Part shown: one piece after another, positions 60,251 through 64,000 of the stretch
How the letters are laid out: every line of letters begins with the position of its first letter
Numbering within the stretch: position 1 is the first letter of the stretch
Source: a bacterium
GTDB taxonomy: Bacteria > UBA8248
DNA length: 64,000 nt
Direction of reading: 5' to 3'
Assembly: GCA_965200245.1 (NCBI GenBank)
Contig: CBDATS010000005.1
Location: forward strand, 544,001 to 608,000
Translations under genes and position numbers: made by a program
The notes under the pieces: model-generated
The model's database searches: none
The model's input: the letters and a program-made list of their open reading frames with translations, nothing else
What the model was told of the DNA's origin: nothing

Positions 60251-61336
60251 TCACGCAGCCTTCACCTGTTGACGGCACAAAGCAGCCACAGCTTCAGAGG
60301 CACTCGCGCGGGCGAGTGATTTCGTCCGCTTCGACATGGAGACGAGCTTTCCCCGTTCCGCTTCGTATTCAAGCCAGATGTCCGCAAGAACACGGCCGTT
60401 CAAGTCTTCTTGAAGAATCATCCGCGCCGCATCGCGTTCGGCGAGATAACGCGCGTTCGCTTCCTGATGCCCATGAGTGGCACTTGGCAATGGAATCAAC
60501 ACAGCAGGCAACGCCATCGCGGACAACTCTGCCACGCTCACCGCGCCCGCGCGCGAACAACACACCTGCGCCCAGCGATAACGATCAGCCATATCGTACA
60601 GATAAGGCGCCACGTGCGCCTGCGCGCCTGCCACTTCATAAGCCGCACGCACACGGGGGAAATCTGCCTCTCCCGTCTGATGCACGAACCGTATTTTTTC
60701 GAGCGCGTCTCCAAGTAGGGGTAGCGCCTCCATAACCGCCTCGTTGATGGCCCGCGCCCCCTGGCTCCCACCAAAGATGAGCACCTTCAAGGGGCCATCC
60801 CAGGAACCTTCACCGCGCTCGAAACTTTCCGAAAACTCGCTCCTGAGCGGCAGTCCCGTCTCGACGATTTTTCCGCGAGCGAAGCCTTCGTCGTGCACAG
60901 GCAATCCCACGGCTACACTGGACGCAAAGCGCGACAGCAAACGATTTGCCACACCGGGAATCACGTTTTGTTCGATCAGGACAATCGGCCTATTCCAAAG
61001 TCCGGCCGCTGCGACCAAGGGAACGCTGGAGTAGCCACCCAACCCCAAAACGACGTGGGGACGAAAGCGCCTGAGGATTCCCATCGCTTGACAGACTCCA
61101 TAGCTCATCATGGCGAGAGCCCCGATTTTCTGGCCCCGGGAACGCCCCAGAACACCTGCCGAGGCAATCGCTTGAAACGGCAGATTCTCGCGTGGCAAAA
61201 CCCTGGCCTCAATCCCGCGGGCAGCTCCCACGAACAGAACCTCGTTTGAGTTGTCTTCCGCCAGCCAAGCCCTTGCCACCGCAATGCCCGGATAGAGGTG
61301 TCCGCCCGTGCCGCCACCCGCGACGAGAAGTCTCAT
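60251..61336 (-). CDS. murG: Lipid II GlcNAc transferase
   Basis: 'GGGTGGH', 'EQN..PG' and 'GGSQGA'. Confidence 0.96.
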   Translation of the reverse strand: MRLLVAGGGTGGHLYPGIAVARAWLAEDNSNEVLFVGAARGIEARVLPRENLPFQAIASAGVLGRSRGQKIGALAMMSYGVCQAMGILRRFRPHVVLGLGGYSSVPLVAAAGLWNRPIVLIEQNVIPGVANRLLSRFASSVAVGLPVHDEGFARGKIVETGLPLRSEFSESFERGEGSWDGPLKVLIFGGSQGARAINEAVMEALPLLGDALEKIRFVHQTGEADFPRVRAAYEVAGAQAHVAPYLYDMADRYRWAQVCCSRAGAVSVAELSAMALPAVLIPLPSATHGHQEANARYLAERDAARMILQEDLNGRVLADIWLEYEAERGKLVSMSKRTKSLARASASEAVAALCRQQVKAA

Positions 61337-62520
61337 GTGCGTATCCTCCTGCGGAGAACCGCCTTCCGCTCGCGCGGCAACAAACCTTCCGCCGCGTCAA
61401 TCGGACTGCCCGATCCGGATGGCTTGGGTGCCTGATTCGATAATTCGATGGAAATCAACAATCCCAAAGAGATGAGCGTAAACACCAAAGACGATCCGCC
61501 CAGACTGATTAGGGGCAGCGGTATGCCCGTAGTGGGCAGAAGACCCGTCGCCACCGCCATGTTCAGGAAACCCTGTGCTACAACCAGAAAAGTCAGGCCC
61601 GCCGCCATCAGGGCAGTGAAGGAATTCTCACAGCGCATGGCAATTTGAAAGCCGCGCCAGAGCAGGACTACGAAGGCCGCCGCAACGCACAAGGCACCGA
61701 TAAGCCCCATTTCTTCGCCCACAACAGCGTAGATGAAATCCGTATGGGGCTCGGGCAGATAGAAGAGTTTTTGCTTGCCCTCGCCCAGGCCGAGTCCCGC
61801 GAGTCCGCCCCGCGCGACCGCCAACTGCGACTGGATGAGTTGATAGCCCGCCCCTTTCGCCGCAGAGAAAGGGTCCCAAAAAGCAAATATCCGCTTCATG
61901 CGCCAAGGCGCAAAAATCACCATACCGAGCAGGACGCTCCCCGTAGTGAATGCACAAACACCTAGGTGGAGCGGTCTCGCACCCGCTAGAAACAACAAAA
62001 CGCCAACCACAGCGGCGACCAGAGTCGCCGTGCCTAAATCCGGCTGTAGCAGGATGAGAACGAGAATTATTCCTGAGAAACCAACCGGAGGCAGAAATCC
62101 GAAGAGCCAATCGTTCAAGCTCTCGCCCTTGAGCGCCAGGAAGTGCGCCATAAAGATCACCAGCCCTACCTTCGCAGCTTCGGCTGGCTGAAACGATGTG
62201 GAACCCAGCATCAGCCACCGTTGCGCGCCGCCCGCCTCTCTTCCGATTCCTGGCGCTAACACCAACAGTAGCAACAAAATAGAGGCGAACATCAAAGGGT
62301 ATGCGATTTTCCGCAGGCGGAGAGGATCCGTTTTGGAAATCGCCAGCATACAGGCGAAGCCCAAGACGGCCCATAACACATGGCGCTTCACGAAATAATA
62401 TGCATCGCCATACTTGTCGAGTGCAAGAATATGGCTCGCGCTGAACACCATGACGACGCCGAAGGCCACGAGTCCAAGCGAGATGAAAAAGATGACAGGG
62501 TCGATGCGTTTGCGAATCAA
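61333..62520 (-). CDS. ftsW: SEDS peptidoglycan polymerase FtsW
   Basis: 'QRW', 'FQPAE', 'QPDLG', 'YLPEPHTDF' and 'PTTGIPLP'. Confidence 0.95.
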   Translation of the reverse strand: MIRKRIDPVIFFISLGLVAFGVVMVFSASHILALDKYGDAYYFVKRHVLWAVLGFACMLAISKTDPLRLRKIAYPLMFASILLLLLVLAPGIGREAGGAQRWLMLGSTSFQPAEAAKVGLVIFMAHFLALKGESLNDWLFGFLPPVGFSGIILVLILLQPDLGTATLVAAVVGVLLFLAGARPLHLGVCAFTTGSVLLGMVIFAPWRMKRIFAFWDPFSAAKGAGYQLIQSQLAVARGGLAGLGLGEGKQKLFYLPEPHTDFIYAVVGEEMGLIGALCVAAAFVVLLWRGFQIAMRCENSFTALMAAGLTFLVVAQGFLNMAVATGLLPTTGIPLPLISLGGSSLVFTLISLGLLISIELSNQAPKPSGSGSPIDAAEGLLPRERKAVLRRRIRT

Positions 62521-63914
62521 CTCTCATCCCTCCACATCAACTCCTGTGCCATTCGGCGGAAGATGTCGCCCCGATGGGCGTAATCGCGAAACTGATCGAA
62601 ACTCGAACAAGCGGGCGAGAGGAGAACCGTATCGCCTGCTTTCGCTTCTTCATGCGCGATACGGACGGCTTCATCCAGCCTTGTTGCATAAATAATCGGC
62701 GCGCACCCATCAAAAAACCGGCCGAAACGCTCCGCCGCCTCGCCGATGAGGAACATTCGCCGGACCTTCTTCTCCACTACGGTGCGCAAGGGCGCGAGGT
62801 CGCTGCCCTTATCCACGCCCCCAGCGATGAGAAGCACATCTCCCGGCACGCTCTTCAGACTCATCGCCGTGGCACCTACGTTCGTACCCTTGGAATCGTT
62901 CACCCAGCGAACACCCTCCGCTTCGCCGACAACCTCCATACGGTGGGGCAGACCCTTGAAACTGCGAGCCACACTCGCCATCGCACCTGAGTCCACGCCC
63001 AGAAAACGCGCCGCCGCGCACGCGGCCAGAAAATTATCGAGATTATGAAAACCGGAAACCAAAAGCTCATCCACGCCGCAAACGTGCGTCGAAACGGCAC
63101 CGTCGGACAAGAACACCTCTCTGCTCTCGATGTAAGCACCCCGGCTGACACGCCCTTTCCGGCTGAATGCCAAGACGCTCTGTGCGCCGGGCGTCATGTA
63201 GCGCGCCGCCAGAGGATTGTCGGCATTCAGAACCTTGGCGTCCCCTTCCCCTTGATTGGCGAACAACCTCGCCTTTAGATCGGCATATTCATAGATATCC
63301 GGATGCCTATCGAGATGATCAGGCGTCACGTTGGTCATCACGGCCACTTTTGGCTTGATGGTAGGCGCCCATTCGAGTTGAAAGCTACTCACCTCGCCGA
63401 CAATGAAATCGGCCTCGTCTCCTTCGGCTTCAACCACCTCGACGAGCGCACGTCCGATATTTCCGCCCACCGGCGCGCAAAAACCACCTTCCTCCAGAAT
63501 TCGTCCGAGCATCGTCGTGACCGTCGTCTTCCCGTTCGTTCCGGTGACGGCGACGATGGGTGCGGAACAAAGCCTACAGGCTAGTTCCACCTCGCCAATC
63601 ACTTCAGCACCCGACGCCTTCGCCAGCGCGATGTAGCGATTCGTCGCAGGTATCCCAGGGCTTACCACCAACAGGTCGCACTCCTTAAAACGCGCCTCGT
63701 CGTGGCCGCCTAGTTCAAGCACCACGCCTGAAGGCAAATGATCGGCCAAGCCTGGAATCTCATCCAGGTCCGTAGCCACCACCTTCGCGCCCAGACGCAC
63801 AAGGGCACCCGCCGCGGCGATTCCACTCTTGGCCATTCCCATGACGAGCGCTCGCCGCGCAGGCAACGCTTCTATCCATGCCGTGGCTTTTTCGTCCAAA
63901 ACCAGATTCCTCAT
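62517..63914 (-). CDS. murD: UDP-N-acetylmuramoyl-L-alanine--D-glutamate ligase
   Basis: 'TGTNGKTT', 'EVSSFQL', 'DHLDRH', 'NDSKGTN' and 'LSPACSSFD'; ATG overlaps the mraY stop. Confidence 0.96.
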   Translation of the reverse strand: MRNLVLDEKATAWIEALPARRALVMGMAKSGIAAAGALVRLGAKVVATDLDEIPGLADHLPSGVVLELGGHDEARFKECDLLVVSPGIPATNRYIALAKASGAEVIGEVELACRLCSAPIVAVTGTNGKTTVTTMLGRILEEGGFCAPVGGNIGRALVEVVEAEGDEADFIVGEVSSFQLEWAPTIKPKVAVMTNVTPDHLDRHPDIYEYADLKARLFANQGEGDAKVLNADNPLAARYMTPGAQSVLAFSRKGRVSRGAYIESREVFLSDGAVSTHVCGVDELLVSGFHNLDNFLAACAAARFLGVDSGAMASVARSFKGLPHRMEVVGEAEGVRWVNDSKGTNVGATAMSLKSVPGDVLLIAGGVDKGSDLAPLRTVVEKKVRRMFLIGEAAERFGRFFDGCAPIIYATRLDEAVRIAHEEAKAGDTVLLSPACSSFDQFRDYAHRGDIFRRMAQELMWRDES

Positions 63915-64000
63915 CTCAGTTTCAGCGTCGCCAAACTCATCAGGGCTAAAACAACCGCCACTATCCAAAAACGGACTGTCACCTTGGGTTCGGACCAACC
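63911..64000 (-). CDS. mraY: Phospho-N-acetylmuramoyl-pentapeptide transferase, C-terminal end (partial)
   Basis: Reads GWSEPKVTVRFWIVAVVLALMSLATLKLR*. Confidence 0.9.
   Translation of the reverse strand, partial: GWSEPKVTVRFWIVAVVLALMSLATLKLR

Noticed and set aside
1-64000. CRISPR array, rRNA or tRNA-Sec
   Set aside because: No regularly spaced repeats, rRNA-like segments or UCA-anticodon tRNA were seen by eye; a covariance-model scan was not possible.

Overview
Bacterial chromosome window with three zones. (1) 1-4026: the end of a branched-chain-amino-acid-type ABC transporter operon. (2) About 4.3-49.4 kb: an accessory, partly eroded region. It holds a pseudogenised three-gene DISARM/Druantia-related defence cassette (large DUF1998 helicase-nuclease, SNF2 helicase, adenine methyltransferase), IS1634 and IS256 remnants, and a minus-strand cluster of RND pump, Zn-ADH, queF, a lone molybdo-hydroxylase large subunit and an AhpD-like selenoprotein. 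It also holds a non-canonical glycine/betaine-reductase-like cluster (grdC-grdA-grdE-grdB), TPP-dependent E1 alpha/beta genes, a MauG-like di-haem enzyme with c-type cytochromes and a beta-propeller, and a sulfonate-type ABC system with a decayed tandem copy of its binding protein. (3) 49.4-64 kb: tRNA-Asp, mtnA and the dcw/ylm cluster (mraY-murD-ftsW-murG-murC-murB-ftsQ-ftsA-ftsZ-pgeF-yggS-proC-yggT-divIVA). The ORF track splits three genes at in-frame UGA codons that are best read as selenocysteine: AhpD-like CxxU, GrdA CxxU and GrdB. The most unusual system is the reductase cluster. Its GrdB has U-x-x-G-x-x-S instead of U-x-x-C-x-x-C, its GrdE lacks the pyruvoyl-forming Cys, and no grdD or thioredoxin gene is in the window. 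All family assignments come from motif recognition by eye; no database searches were run.
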